Of a stretch of 64,000 bases of DNA, positions 9,817 through 19,315 are shown piece by piece (position 1 is the first letter of the stretch; every line of letters begins with the position of its first letter). The notes below the pieces were generated by a model. The model worked only from the letters and a program-made list of their open reading frames with translations, was not told where the DNA came from and did not search any database. This DNA is from an uncultured archaeon (lineage in GTDB: Archaea; Thermoproteota; Bathyarchaeia; Bathyarchaeales; Bathycorpusculaceae), in the NCBI GenBank assembly GCA_963782915.1, contig CAWALK010000023.1, positions 32,001-96,000 on the forward strand. Reading direction: 5' to 3'. A program made the translations under genes and the position numbers.

Positions 9817-11874
9817 TCAAGTTGCTTTAAGGTTTATAGCCCCCTTAGTATAGGGCACAAACTCGCGAACCTGCTCAATGCTGGTTTTGCCCATTTTCTC
9901 ACGTTGCTCCCTAGAAAGCTTCGCCGTCAACGTGCGCATAATCATCTGCAACAACTCTTTTCCCTGATAATCACCCGGCTGAATAACCACATACAATTTG
10001 GTTTTAGCTTTCACCGAGTCGATTGGACCGCCCACAAAACCGGTCTCCTCACCAAGAGTTATGCCAACTGCAATCCGCAAAGCTGTATTATTGTACCAGT
10101 TACGTTTGCCAACCACAAAGAACGCGCCATGGGGAATCGATTCGCCGCTGGCTCCGCTCTTGCTTAGTTGGTCAACTTTCACCCAGTACACGTCGGCTGT
10201 GCCAGCGTTTTCTCGCCAAGCACGTGAATAGGACGCTGCCGCCTCCGCTGCTTCCCTGAGCGTCTGTTCACTGATTTCTTTACCCTGGGCTTTTACGACT
10301 ACGAAAGGTGAACCGGTAATTTCAGCATGGAACACCACGTCCTCTTGTTTAGTATACTTCTTGATGAGCACTTCATTGCTAACCGTGTCTTTGCCTGCAA
10401 CTACAAGGAAGCCGTCTGAGGTGGTGAACCAGCGGAATTTCTCGTACCACTGCTTATTCGCCATTGCCTCTTTGCGTTTTGCAAGTGCTTCCACGATTTG
10501 GGCAGGCTTTAAACTCTTGAGTGCCTCTGCTTCTTGGAGTTCCGCTTCGATATCTGCCAGTTTCTTCTTGGAATCATTGAGTGCAGTTTGGGCATTCTGA
10601 GCTTTCTCTTTAGCCCCTTTGCCACGCTCATAATACTCATTCGCATTATCAAACAGCGACTTACGCAACGCTAAACTGAAATGGTAACTATCGATGCCCA
10701 AGTTGACTGCCATGTTTTTGCCATCAAACGACTCCACATAAGCCATGGGCACTTTGCCCGCTTTTTTAGCAACCATAACTTGTTCGATGATTGCATCCCA
10801 ATCGTAGCCTTGTTGGTTAGCTTTGAGGAGTTGTTCTTGGAAGGTTTGGAGTTCGAGGAAATGGGCGTAGATGGTGTCGCCGATTTGTTTGTACTGCTCT
10901 GTTTTCTTTTCGTCGTCTGCGATGGATTTTTCTTGTTCATCCACGATGCGTTTTAGGCGGGCTGATTCCTGTTTTAGCTTGTCAACTTCGACGGTTCCCG
11001 CAGCTTTTTCCAATGCTTTTACGTGGAGGAAGAATTCGTCCAGTGCCGCGTTGAATGATTCGTAGGTTTGGGTTTTGCAGCCTTCATAGCGTTTGAGTTT
11101 AAAAGGTAAGACGTCGAGGTAGCTGTCATCTTCATCTTTGATTATGCTTGGTTCAAACTTGCCCTCAAGAACGGGTGTAAGTAATGTTTGGAGTGCCCCA
11201 AAAATAGCTGAGGTATCAGTTTGGGTTAATTCTTTGCAGGGTTTAGTCTTCTCGATACCTGCTCGGAGCAGTGTTTCTTCGGCATAGGTTCCGCCGATAC
11301 CAAAAGACCGCGCTAAAGTACGTACAACTTGGGCGTCGCCGGCATTCTTGAGGGTCTCTTCCAGTTCAGGTTGGGTAACTTTGAATGGGTTCTTGCCGCT
11401 CGGAGGCGGATAAACCAAAACCACGTTACGCAAGATGTCGCGGTCACGCATTTTTTTAAATTCAAGCGCCTGAATAATCACGTTTTGTTCGTTTGTAATT
11501 ATGATGTTGCCTTCGCCGAAAAGCTCCACAACCATCTTAAGCAATCCGGTTTTGGTTTCGAAAGTAACCGTCACTATCCTTTCGAATTCATACTGCTCGA
11601 TTCCCCGTAGCCAGGTGTCTCGGAGGTATTTGCGTAGTAACATGCAGAATGGCGGAGGCTCATTTGGGCTTTCCTCGGCATATGCGGTTGAATGCAGCCT
11701 GCGACCAGCTTCAACGACGAGGCGGATTGGTGGTCTGTCGGTTTTGTGGAGTTTGAAGATGATGGTTTTTTCGCCGAATTGGTAGATGTTATTCACTCTG
11801 GAATCAGCGATGAGGGGCTGGAGTTCTTTGATTGCTGCTGAAATGTCGAAGCTTGAGGATTCTTTTTTACGCAA
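9817..11874 (-). CDS. rqcH: Ribosome quality-control protein Rqc2/NEMF (NFACT family)
   Basis: SSFDI N-terminus, FCMLLRKYL, FERIV, ELFGEGN, coiled coil, WYEKFRWF..SDGFLVVAGKD..SNE NFACT-R domain; start set at TTG 11874 behind GGTGG. Confidence 0.93.
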   Translation of the reverse strand: MRKKESSSFDISAAIKELQPLIADSRVNNIYQFGEKTIIFKLHKTDRPPIRLVVEAGRRLHSTAYAEESPNEPPPFCMLLRKYLRDTWLRGIEQYEFERIVTVTFETKTGLLKMVVELFGEGNIIITNEQNVIIQALEFKKMRDRDILRNVVLVYPPPSGKNPFKVTQPELEETLKNAGDAQVVRTLARSFGIGGTYAEETLLRAGIEKTKPCKELTQTDTSAIFGALQTLLTPVLEGKFEPSIIKDEDDSYLDVLPFKLKRYEGCKTQTYESFNAALDEFFLHVKALEKAAGTVEVDKLKQESARLKRIVDEQEKSIADDEKKTEQYKQIGDTIYAHFLELQTFQEQLLKANQQGYDWDAIIEQVMVAKKAGKVPMAYVESFDGKNMAVNLGIDSYHFSLALRKSLFDNANEYYERGKGAKEKAQNAQTALNDSKKKLADIEAELQEAEALKSLKPAQIVEALAKRKEAMANKQWYEKFRWFTTSDGFLVVAGKDTVSNEVLIKKYTKQEDVVFHAEITGSPFVVVKAQGKEISEQTLREAAEAAASYSRAWRENAGTADVYWVKVDQLSKSGASGESIPHGAFFVVGKRNWYNNTALRIAVGITLGEETGFVGGPIDSVKAKTKLYVVIQPGDYQGKELLQMIMRTLTAKLSREQREKMGKTSIEQVREFVPYTKGAINLKAT

Positions 11875-12044
11875 CGCATCCACCGTTAATGCGTGTATAT
11901 TGCAGTTGACTATAAAATAACCGTTTGTGCCAACAAACACAGAATCTGCCCAAACCAAACCCGTGGAGTGGCAGAAACGATTAATACTTAGGCATCCTTT
12001 TTAAGAAAGCACCAAAACATTAACTTCGAAGGTATAGGTTTCAG

Positions 12045-12341
12045 ATGACCCCTGTCGTTCAACTTTACTGGTTAAGAGTCGCATTAGGCATTGTTGCAGG
12101 CGCAATAGCAGCAATTCTAGCAAAATTCTTGTTCGCAGGTCCAGACATAACGCCCTTAATCAACAGCATAACTGTTGCGTTGCTCATCTACTTCATAACA
12201 TACTATATCTTCCGCGCATCATACAAAGAAAAGATACCTAAACAATCAAAAATCCTCAGCACAGGCATAGGCATGTACTTCTTTAGTTGGATTGCCTTCT
12301 TCGTGTTATTCTACACGATAATCCAAGTAATCGTCGGCTAA
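12045..12341 (+). CDS. Three-TM protein resembling archaeal EMC6-like proteins
   Basis: 98 aa, three TM helices, C-terminal GIGMYFFSWI...LFYT pattern. Confidence 0.6.
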   Translation: MTPVVQLYWLRVALGIVAGAIAAILAKFLFAGPDITPLINSITVALLIYFITYYIFRASYKEKIPKQSKILSTGIGMYFFSWIAFFVLFYTIIQVIVG

Positions 12342-12350
12342 AAAAAATTA

Positions 12351-12833
12351 TTATATTTTATTTTCTTCTTTAGTTACTTCTTCGTTTTCTGTAGTTTCCT
12401 TCAAGAAATTAGCGATTGTTGCTTGACTTTTATCGCTGCGTGTTGTCTCAATTTTTTCTGCTTCCGCCGTTGCCTTTTCATTCGGCGCCGGAATATTCAT
12501 GCGGGAAAGGATACGCATGCAGTCTGCCCAAGCTGAAAAGTAGCCGCGGTCAAAGTCGCCGTGCAAGCCGTTGCCCATGTGGCTGAGGAATTCTTTTCTG
12601 TAATCATTAAGCATAACTTTATCGCTAAAATCAACCTTAGAAAAGAAGGCGTAGTCGTCGGCTGTGTTTTTGCGTGAAAGATACATGCCATAGAGGGCAC
12701 GGAAGTATCCTCTGTTCCACTCTGTCTTCTGCATCTTCTGCTTAACACGTTCCAGCTCTCGTTCAGCTTCCGTAAATTGACGGCTGACTATGAGCTGAAA
12801 GTACCTTGTGACTAGGGCTTGGGCAATTGGCAT
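12351..12833 (-). CDS. Hypothetical helical protein co-oriented with radA
   Basis: 160 aa, 2 bp after radA stop; internal repeat WNRGYF / FDRGYF. Confidence 0.75.
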   Translation of the reverse strand: MPIAQALVTRYFQLIVSRQFTEAERELERVKQKMQKTEWNRGYFRALYGMYLSRKNTADDYAFFSKVDFSDKVMLNDYRKEFLSHMGNGLHGDFDRGYFSAWADCMRILSRMNIPAPNEKATAEAEKIETTRSDKSQATIANFLKETTENEEVTKEENKI

Positions 12834-12835
12834 AC

Positions 12836-13939
12836 TTAGCGTCCACGAGGTTTGGTTGCTTTCTCTTCTTCAGAGACATCCTCTATTCCGTTCTCGGTGA
12901 CTTTAAGTATTTCCTCTCCCTCCGGCAAATATGGACTTGAAACTAGCCTTGCAATACGGATGGGTCCATGCGATGCACGGCGTAGATAGAGGCGAGTGTG
13001 GCTTGTGTGGCCAACGATGTTGCCGCCGATTGGGTGAATCGCGTCACCGAAGAACTGGTCAGGCTTCGCCATTACTTGGTTTGTAACGACTGCTACCGCG
13101 TTGAATGCGCGGGCGAGTGCGACAAGTTTGTGCATGTGCTTGTTTAGTTTCTGTTGGCGGGACGCAAGCATTTCTCGGCCGATGTATTCACTGCGGAAAT
13201 GCGCGGTGAGTGAATCGACTATGATTAGTTTGATATTATTTGCCTTTATGATTTCGTCAGCGTTTTCTAATAGGAACATTTGGTGGTCGCTTGTGTAGGC
13301 TTCGGCGTAGATGATGTTTTTGACGGCTTGCTCAGGGTCTAATCCTACGTGTTTTGCCATCTGGATGATGCGTTCAAGCCGGAAAGTGTTTTCTGTGTCC
13401 ACGTAGAGTACGCCGCCGTTTAATCCGCCTTTCTCTGGCGGGAGCTGGACGTTGATGCATAGTTGGTGGCACATTTGGCTTTTGCCGCTGCCGTATTCGC
13501 CGTAGAATTCGGTTATGGTTTGTGTTTCTAAGCCGCCGGCTAAGATTTTATCGAGGGCTTGGCTGCCTGAAGTTAATCTGAGAACGGTTTTGCGCATTTT
13601 GAAGAGTTCATCGGCGCGTATGAATGCTATGCCGATGGATGAGCGTGCGGCTTCGATGATTTGGAATGCTTTCTTTTCGCTGACACCGACTGGGTCGAGT
13701 TCGCGGCTGGTTGCCATTGCTAATGATTCGACGGTGTGGTAGCCTAGTTCGCGTAGTTTCGCTGCGGTTGCTGGGCCTACTCCTGGAAGGTCTTCTATGA
13801 ATTCAAATTTTCTTTTGTTTTCTTCCATTTGCAGGACTTGTTCGCTTTTTTGTTCTGGCTCTTCAGTATTTTCAGTATCCTCTTGATTTTCCTGGTTTTC
13901 TTCTTGTTGAATGTCGGTGTCTTCTGACATAGATTTCAC
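12836..13939 (-). CDS. radA: DNA repair and recombination protein RadA
   Basis: N-terminal HhH (LPGVGP), GEYGSGKSQ Walker A, IIVDS Walker B, FRSEYIGR, IARLVSSP. Confidence 0.97.
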   Translation of the reverse strand: MKSMSEDTDIQQEENQENQEDTENTEEPEQKSEQVLQMEENKRKFEFIEDLPGVGPATAAKLRELGYHTVESLAMATSRELDPVGVSEKKAFQIIEAARSSIGIAFIRADELFKMRKTVLRLTSGSQALDKILAGGLETQTITEFYGEYGSGKSQMCHQLCINVQLPPEKGGLNGGVLYVDTENTFRLERIIQMAKHVGLDPEQAVKNIIYAEAYTSDHQMFLLENADEIIKANNIKLIIVDSLTAHFRSEYIGREMLASRQQKLNKHMHKLVALARAFNAVAVVTNQVMAKPDQFFGDAIHPIGGNIVGHTSHTRLYLRRASHGPIRIARLVSSPYLPEGEEILKVTENGIEDVSEEEKATKPRGR

Positions 13940-14147
13940 AGCTTTTACGATGATGTGTGCGGCGGCAATATTTAAAACAATCCAATAAAGGCACTTCTGA
14001 GGCAGTGGAGGGGTAAGTGAAAGTGAACCTGCTCACTTTGACTTTTGTAAATCCTTTTGCATTTGATTCTTCAGTTTCCGAATATACAAGATTAACATTT
14101 GGAAAAGCTTATATTAAGTTACAATCAAAACACAGAGCCAGTAATCG

Positions 14148-14696
14148 GTGACTACGATGAATAAAAAAATGATTTATATTGTTGTTGCGGTCATTGTCGT
14201 CGTTCTTGTTGTCGGCGTTGCAGGCGTAATGTTGTTAAGTAATAATGGAAACAATGGAAACACAAACCCAACCCCCACACCACCACCAGCCACTCCAGTC
14301 GTCACAAGCTTCAACTCTACAGTTCAGTGTTAACGAAACCGTCACTGCCACAAGCGATGTAGTAGCATATCAATATTCATGCAAAAACTTCAATACTTCA
14401 ACCGAAGTGGTTCGTGTAGACATGAACCTTGGCGCAGCTGGCAACTTCAGCTATATAGTCGATAGCAGTGCACAAAAATCCTGGGTTTCTATGGATAACG
14501 GTGCCACTTGGACTGCTAGTGTCTTCGCTGATGACAACACAAACTATGAGCCCCATTCCATGCATTCGTCAACAAAATAGTTGCAAACGGTGATTCAGCA
14601 GTTGACTACACATACACAACCGGCACCACATCCGTCAGTATCTACTGCATTGCAGTCAACCCAACAATCGCTGATTCAGTTTTCGCAACTAGCTAA
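14148..14696 (+). CDS. N-terminally anchored secreted protein, possibly LolA-like fold; split by two frameshifts
   Basis: TM anchor plus Asn/Pro/Thr linker (14148-14333), beta-rich domain (14245-14580), third frame ending VNPTIADSVFATS* at 14696. Confidence 0.6.
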
Positions 14697-14785
14697 ATTT
14701 ACCGCACAAATGTTGGTTCCTAACCAACCTATTCCCTTTTTTTAGGTTCAACTTAAAAAAAAGTTTGTTTATACCCTACTAGAAG

Positions 14786-15642
14786 TTACTCAGAAACTGA
14801 ATGTTCAAGTCTTTGTGCATCTTTGACTTCATAAATAATGCTCCCACCCGTCTTCATATTAATCTGATCAATCTCCTGAATCATACGGTTAACCATCCTG
14901 CCCACCACCAAAACAAACACGTTTAACCCCCTTGACGCGGCAATGGCGGCTGAACGGCTGATCCCAAACTCAATATCTGCTTCCTGACCCAACTTACTCA
15001 GCACTGCTCTGCCAACTGCACCCATGACGCCGATGCGGTCAGGCTTAAACTCATCATAGATCGCTTTCACTTTAGCCATATCGGTTGCTTGAGAGCCGCC
15101 TTTGCGTATGCTGGGCAACTTTACGATGAGGATTTTTCCTTGTTTAACCTTCATTTTGCCATGTAAGATCTTTTAGACCTAAGTCTTCGCCTGTTTGGGC
15201 GTCGGTAAGTGCAGTGCCTTTAGCTTGGGTTAGTGGGCTGTCTGTGGGAACGGTGTACATGACGCCTTCTTTCATGATTAAACCCACTTCTTGTCCCGCT
15301 TTGACTGGTTGGGTGGCTATTGCTGGCCATGCATGCTCGATTTTTAGGTCGTGTTTGACTTCGTTAACATAGTTTTCTAAGGTTGCGTATGTCCTCTTTT
15401 AGTTTGGTTATTCCTTTTGCGTGTTAGGTGGTAGTCGGCTCGTTCACTGCCTGCTTCTAGGAGGCCTTCTTTGGTGAGGCTTTTGAAGTATTTGGAGATG
15501 GCTTGGATGGTTATGCCTAGTTTTGTCGCTGATGTCTTTTTGTTTGACGTGGGGTTGGTTTCGCATGACTTCGAGTAGGATTTGGAATTTGGTGAATTCG
15601 CCTTTGTCTTTTAGCAGTAGGGTTCGGTTGTTGCTTCGCCAA
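14786..15642 (-). CDS. Archaeal wHTH/MarR-like transcriptional regulator (COG1497-like), multiply frameshifted
   Basis: Joined frames read KDKGEFTKFQILLEVMRNQPHVKQKDI...LGITIQAISKYFKSL.KEGLL...WPAIA..PVKAGQEVGLIMKEG...; only the C-terminal part is in the ORF track. Confidence 0.7.
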
Positions 15643-15658
15643 TGAAATCAACCTGACG

Positions 15659-15686
15659 TTAACTTTAGTTAAACGAAAGTTTATAA
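15659..15686 (+). promoter_or_regulatory. Palindrome TTAACT-TT-AGTTAA abutting the BRE/TATA of cbiM
   Basis: Perfect inverted repeat 15659-15672 followed by cgaaag-tttataa, between the divergent regulator and cbiM. Confidence 0.5.
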
Positions 15687-15728
15687 GGTTTCAGCTGGAT
15701 TAACCCCGAAAAGAGAGGGCAAAATCAT

Positions 15729-17522
15729 ACGCACATAATGGAAGGCTTCCTACCCCATCCATGGTGGGAAATCTGGTTCGCAATCACAATACCCATAGTT
15801 GCCTACGGAATCTACCGCCTCTCCAAAATCGCAAAAAAAGACCCCGAAGCCAAACCATTACTTGCACTCATGGGCGCATTCATCTTCGTCGTCTCAGCCC
15901 TAAAATTGCCCTCAGTTTTTGGCAGCAGTTCACATCCCACAGGTTCAGGGTTAGCAGCCGTAATTTTTGGTCCAGCCGTAGCCTCAGTCCTCTCCATGAT
16001 TGCCCTGATTTTCCAAGCAACACTATTAGCTCATGGCGGCTTAACCACGCTTGGCGCCAACGTTTTCTCCATGGGCATCGTGGGGCCATTTGTGGCTTAT
16101 ATCACTTGGATTATCTGCAAAAAGACTAGAGTGCCAACGCCCGCAGGGGTCTTTCTTGCAGTAGCATTAAGCGATCTATTCACTTACCTTACCACTTCAG
16201 TGCAGCTTGCACTCGCTTTCCCCTCACAAGGCTTCTTTGGTGCATTCATAAAGTTTGCAGCCATCTTCGCCGTCACACAGATTCCCTTAGCTGTCGGTGA
16301 AGGTATACTGGGCGTTTTCGTCTTTGATTTCCTAACGAAGTATAAGGGACAGATTCTTTCCTCCTTGAAGGTCATCCGTTCCCCAATCGCAGGTATGCCA
16401 GAGAAAGAATTTCAACTTAAAAAGAAACATTACGCCATCTTGATTACTGTGTTGTTGGTGCTTTTCATAACGCCTTTTGTTATAGCTTCCACCAACTTGG
16501 CTGGGACCGACGACGCCGCAGCAAATATCATCACTGCGACTGGATATCAACCTTGGTTTACCCCAGTCTTAACGCTCCCCGCTTCATGGATAGAGCCGCT
16601 TCTTGGGGTGCAAGCCCTCATCGGAGCATCCATAATTGCTTATATCGTTATACGGACAAGACGAAAAGCCAAAATGCTATCGCCAATGCAGCATAAGGGG
16701 CATAAACACCGCCACAGCCACGAAGAAGGGCACGCAAACTTATCTGCACAAATAGACAGTTACGCCTATACCAATCAACTGGCAAAAGTAAGTCCAACCA
16801 CAAAAATCTTCTTCGCCGTCTCAATGCTTCTCCTTAGCGTCCTATCAGCCTCCCCAATTGTTTCCATAACAGTATTCATAATCACGCTAGTGCTGATCAC
16901 TCTTGTAGCTCAGATCCCTGGGCGATTCTATCTCGACCTCTTAACTTATCCACTAATATTCGCCGCAGTAAGCTGCGTCTTCATAGCATTATTCTTTGGC
17001 AACGGCCAACCATTACTGGAAATCGCTTTCCCATGGTTCAACTGGGTAATCTATAGCAACGGAGTAGCCACAGCATTCTTCACCTTCTTCCGCGTTCTAG
17101 GCGCAATCTCCGCACTGTTCTTCCTAGTGCTCACTACAACCATGAATGACCTCTTCATCAGCCTAAGAAAAATCCACATCCCCAAAGTCCTCATCGAAAT
17201 CAGCCTGCTCATCTACCGCTACATATTTGTCTTCATGGAAGTCTCCGCAAAAATGACAACCGCACAAAAACTAAGATTGGGACAAACTGGCTTCTTAAAA
17301 CGTATTCGCCAAACCTCAATGCTAGCCGTCAACCTGTTTATCCGCACGCTAGAGCAGGGTGAACGCACATTCGTCGCTATGAACGCCCGAGGTTACGACG
17401 GAAACATCCGCGTACTCGAAGACCAACCTAAACCAAGCAAGGCAGTAATCGCAGGTATAATCCTGCTTGACATCATGCTTGGGTTAATCGCATTAAACGT
17501 AATTCACATATGGAGTCTCTAA
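15729..17522 (+). CDS. cbiM: ECF cobalt transporter CbiM-CbiN-CbiQ fusion
   Basis: HIMEGFLP, SSSHPTG, LAHGGLTTLGAN (CbiM); GTDD..YQPWFTP..QALIG (CbiN); YRYIFV, AMNARGYDG (CbiQ); codon before His is ACG at 15729. Confidence 0.9.
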   Translation, partial: THIMEGFLPHPWWEIWFAITIPIVAYGIYRLSKIAKKDPEAKPLLALMGAFIFVVSALKLPSVFGSSSHPTGSGLAAVIFGPAVASVLSMIALIFQATLLAHGGLTTLGANVFSMGIVGPFVAYITWIICKKTRVPTPAGVFLAVALSDLFTYLTTSVQLALAFPSQGFFGAFIKFAAIFAVTQIPLAVGEGILGVFVFDFLTKYKGQILSSLKVIRSPIAGMPEKEFQLKKKHYAILITVLLVLFITPFVIASTNLAGTDDAAANIITATGYQPWFTPVLTLPASWIEPLLGVQALIGASIIAYIVIRTRRKAKMLSPMQHKGHKHRHSHEEGHANLSAQIDSYAYTNQLAKVSPTTKIFFAVSMLLLSVLSASPIVSITVFIITLVLITLVAQIPGRFYLDLLTYPLIFAAVSCVFIALFFGNGQPLLEIAFPWFNWVIYSNGVATAFFTFFRVLGAISALFFLVLTTTMNDLFISLRKIHIPKVLIEISLLIYRYIFVFMEVSAKMTTAQKLRLGQTGFLKRIRQTSMLAVNLFIRTLEQGERTFVAMNARGYDGNIRVLEDQPKPSKAVIAGIILLDIMLGLIALNVIHIWSL

Positions 17523-17523
17523 C

Positions 17524-18382
17524 ATGTTGTTTGACATACAAAACTTAACCCACGAATACTCCGACGGCACACTCGCCTTAGACAATGTCTCCGTGGGTTT
17601 CAAACGCTCAGAACGCATTGCACTATTAGGAACCAACGGCTCAGGCAAAACCACCCTGCTAAACCACTTAAACGGCATCCTAAAACCCACCTCAGGCCGA
17701 ATCCTATTCGACGGAAACCCACTCAAATACGATGCCAAATCCCTCTTAGAACTCCGCAAACGAGTCGGCTTCGTTTTTCAGGACCCAAACGACCAACTCT
17801 TTGCCCCCACCGTCAAACAGGATGTAGCGTTTGGGCCACTGAACTTGGGGTATAGCACAGAGAAAGTCAAAGTTATCGTGGAAGAGGCACTTGCCATTGT
17901 AGGTATGTCTGGATTTCGGGGACAAACCGCCACATTTTATGAGTTTGGGACAGAAGAAGCGTGTGGCACTTGCGGGTGTGCTTGCCATGGAGCCTGAAGT
18001 TATTATCATGGATGAACCCACCTCAAACTTGGACCCAAGAGCCACAAGCGACATCTTGCATTTGCTGTTGCAGTTAAACAAAGAAAAAGGCATAACGCTG
18101 CTTCTTGCAACGCATGATGTAGACATGGTTCCGCTTTTCGCTACAGAAATGTATGTGCTCAACAAGGGTAAACTGGTTTCACAGGGTACACCTAAAGAGT
18201 CTTTCTCCAACGGTGACCTCATACGGAAAGTCAATCTGCGTTCGCCAAGAATAACGCACCTTTTTGAAGTGCTGAAAACTGAGGATAAGTTGCCGATTGC
18301 GGATGAGTTGCCCTTGACGATTAGTGAAGCTAGAAAAGAAATAATCAGACTTTTAAATACTAAAACCTCCGATAAACAGTAA
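17524..18382 (+). CDS. cbiO: ECF cobalt transporter ATPase CbiO (frameshift near 17920)
   Basis: GTNGSGKT, VFQDPNDQLF; second frame SLGQKKRVALAG, IMDEPT, ATHD. Confidence 0.9.
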
Positions 18383-18395
18383 TGATGAGCAGTAA

Positions 18396-18551
18396 ATGAG
18401 TACTGATACCGCTGACTTAGAGGCCAGAAAGAAGAAAATTAAGGCTATCTTGGAAGAAGTAACTAAAAACCGAATTGAGCTTGCCAAAAAGACGGGCATG
18501 ACACGCTCATCGGCTGAAATTATAAGATGGGACCGTGACCACGGCCACTAA
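18396..18551 (+). CDS. 51-aa microprotein, antitoxin-like C-terminus
   Basis: Not in ORF track; MSTDTADLEARKKKIKAILEEVTKNRIELAKKTGMTRSSAEIIRWDRDHGH. Confidence 0.55.
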   Translation: MSTDTADLEARKKKIKAILEEVTKNRIELAKKTGMTRSSAEIIRWDRDHGH

Positions 18552-18583
18552 CTGTTCATACAAAAAAATTTAGGCTGGTTAGT

Positions 18584-19315
18584 TTAGAGGTCATAGCCTC
18601 TGGCTGTAACCATTTTGCCATTAACCACTTTCGTTGCCGAGTTGCCTACGACTATGGTGGTTACCATGTCGATGTCGCAGTTGAGCATGTCTTTGAGGGT
18701 TGTTAATGTGAAGTTTTGTCCTTCACGCCCAGCTTGCCTCACAATGCCGACGGGTGTGTCTGGTTTAATGTGTTTCATCATTATCTCGTAGGCATTAGCA
18801 AGTGGTTCGATGCGTCCTTGGCTCTGTGGGTTATAGAGTACGATTGACATATCCGCGGATGAGGCTGCTTCGAGTCTGCGCTCGATTTTTTCCCAAGGCG
18901 TTAACAGGTCGCTTAAGCTGATTACTGCGAAGTCGCTGACGAGTGGTGCTCCGAGGATGGCTGATGCGGCTGTTGCTGCAGTTACGCCTGGTACAATCTC
19001 AACTGGTACAGGGCTCTTGTCTTTGGCTGCAACTTCTAAAACTACGCCTGCCATGCCATAGACGCCTGGGTCGCCGCTGGAAACCATAACAACGCTTTTG
19101 CCTTCTTTGGCTTTGTCAACTGCTATTTGGGCTCGTTCAACCTCTTTGCCCATGGTTCCAGAAAATACTTCAGCATCTTTTTTGATAATTGCTGAATAAG
19201 TTTGATGTAAGTGCCATAACCCACGACTACGTCGGCTGATTCGATTTCGCTGCGTGCCTTAGGCGTTAAATGCTCCAGACTGCCAGGTCCAATCCCGACT
19301 ACGCTTACTCGTCCT
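18584..19315 (-). CDS. cbiH: Cobalt-precorrin-3B C17-methyltransferase (frameshifted; probably the C-terminal part of a CbiG-CbiH fusion)
   Basis: VSVVGIGPG...VVGYGTY then VSSGDPGVYGMAG, DFAVISLSDLLTPWE, YNP, VTARGY. Confidence 0.9.

Noticed and set aside
15643-15737. Cobalamin riboswitch upstream of cbiM
   Set aside because: Only ~45 nt between TATA and start; no B12-box sequence.
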